64,000 nucleotides of DNA, from the NCBI GenBank assembly GCA_977862235.1, contig OZ374557.1, positions 186,001 through 250,000 of the forward strand, written 5' to 3'. Both the position numbers and the translations under genes were made by a program. Below are positions 62,366 to 64,000 of the stretch, in pieces (within the stretch, counting starts at the first letter, position 1; every line of letters begins with the position of its first letter). This DNA is from Dudresnaya verticillata. Its lineage: Eukaryota. The notes below the pieces were generated by a model, which saw only the letters and a program-made list of their open reading frames with translations, had not been told where the DNA came from and ran no database searches.

Positions 62366-64000
62366 CTACGACTTCTGGACGGAGTCTCGTATTTCGTTTT
62401 TAACTGCTTGGGGCAGGCATCTATTAGACTGCTTCTCAAACTCAACGAGGACAGACACGGCATCTACATCGTCCGTCCATGCCTTCTTGGTTCTGGCGTA
62501 GACGGAAGGGCGATATTTCCCGTCCCACGCGTCCTGCCCTGAACCAACCTCCTATCACCTTATTGACAGGGTGCAGACGACACCCGCGCTATCCTTCTTC
62601 CAGCCCTGTACCTGCGCGAACCAGACAGGCATATTATTGTCGTTAATGTTCAGGGCCACGAAACAGTTGACACCATACGTCAATTCAGCGCGCTGAGTCT
62701 CATGTTCAGCGTCATCCTACTCGTCGGAGTCTCCATCTGCATGCTCCCCCAGTGCACCATCGCTTTCCACAACTTGCACCGAATTTCTATATACACCCTT
62801 CTTCTCGCATACCTTTGCCAGGTCCCAATGCAGAGGCCCCTCGCGATCGGGGAAGACCTCATCGCGCAATTTTCGCAACTCCTGTAGCTTCACAGAGTCA
62901 TTCATCCGTAGCTCCTCTGAGCGTAAGAGCTTGCTTACTTCGTCTTTGTCTGGCGGGGAGATTATCACAATTGGAGGTGTCTTGTCCAGCTCAGGTGGGA
63001 ATAGCAAGAAACCTTGCTGACGTCCCTTCGTGCTCAACGCCTCCCACGAATCCTTGCATCCCACTCTCACATGGCACTTCGTTTTATTATAAGCTGCAGT
63101 GGAGCTCGAGTCCAGTTCTGAGCGCGGGAATTTGAAGTATCGAAAGTGAGAGAAAGGCACAACACCGCCAATAAATTGGTCCTGTTTGCAGAGTCCTAAC
63201 CAGTTCGCGATGTGTCGCATGCACGTCACTATAGGCGCGGGTGTGTACGATTGGCGCAGTTCCTCCATCAAGTCCTGCATAGTCACTGCGTCGTGGACGC
63301 GAAGCCTCCTGGAGTTGCAACTAAACATTTGGTCGATGTCGACATCTGTGTGCCCGATTGGCAAGAAAGACATATGCACTTCAGTGAATACCCCCCACGA
63401 CACGAGCGACTCCAAGTACGCGAGTAGGAACTTGTTCTTGTTTTAACGTGTACAGTTGTCTCCTTCCAGAACAAGAGTGCCCCGCACCTCCCCTATATCA
63501 TATTGGGTTGCTAACACGCGGTGCAACGCCTCAACAATATGGTTTGCACCGGATTCGAACTCGGCAGTCATTGTTAATAACGAAAATCGATGTGCAGCGC
63601 CGTGGTCCAGTACTTCTACTAACTTTACCGCCAGCGCATCACCCGTTGTGGTTTTGATCGAACATGGAAGTGTGACAGACCATACGCCGATTGATCTGCA
63701 CCATCGATAATCATTGAGCAATACCTTGTCGGGGAGAGTTTTGCCATGTCGCATTTCTTCCGGTACTCGATTCTTTCCTGCCTTACCATCTCTATATGCC
63801 GCCTCCGGCGCTCTCTCAATCCCTCTGTTGCCGTCTGGTCCGCACCCCCGACGTCATGCGGGCACGTTGGTCCCTTACAGTCTCTCACTCGGCACACTTT
63901 GCGAATCGGTGGTTTTGCGCACTTTGATCCTTGCGCAATGTGCAGTCCAAACAGTGTAGAAGTAGCGCTGAGAGGGCGGTGTCTTTCCTCGATACAATTT
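62366..64000 (-). pseudogene. Decayed Sola-like DDE transposase, second copy, runs off the right edge
   Basis: SMIIDGADQ, LEGDNCTR*NKNKFLLAYLESLVSWG and FLPIGHTDVDIDQMFS; C-terminal VWFAQV...YRPS. Confidence 0.8.

Overview
This window is eukaryotic and almost entirely transposable-element DNA; no intact host gene, rRNA, true tRNA gene or CRISPR array was seen. The element families look most like those of a multicellular red alga (inference only). Left to right: (A) the 5' half of a minus-strand Ty3/Gypsy element (1-5520). A is inserted in (B), a degraded plus-strand chromodomain Gypsy with a WLDD RT motif (5521-10220). B is split by a solo LTR (7093-7877, TSD CTGTG) and cut by (C), the 3' half of another chromodomain Gypsy (10221-16556). 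(D) is a young full-length GalEa-like Ty1/Copia element (18881-24979, TSD ACCAC) that interrupts a ParB/Srx-like ORF. That ORF lies upstream of a decayed Sola-like DDE transposase (about 28.2-30.35 kb; a second copy at 62.4-64 kb). A TRIM-like mini-element (33857-34968) contains a nested solo LTR. (E) is a full-length 12-kb chromodomain Gypsy (36638-48657, TSD AAGTA), followed by further solo LTRs and fragments (F, G, E', H). Best leads: (1) C and E each carry a large ANTISENSE ORF (about 770 codons) between integrase and the 3' LTR, sharing a weak Trp/Cys motif but with opposite domain order. (2) A decamer GCTCTACCAC, complementary to the tRNA D-arm, recurs 87-125 bp from the 3' end of otherwise dissimilar Gypsy LTRs. 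(3) Both the Copia and the TRIM have a palindrome instead of a tRNA PBS, and the TRIM LTRs contain a tRNA-like A-box/B-box. (4) A possible DNA transposon combines a ParB-like ORF with a transposase ending in a BAH-like domain. (5) A degenerate dUTPase-like fold sits between protease and RT. All alignments were done by eye.
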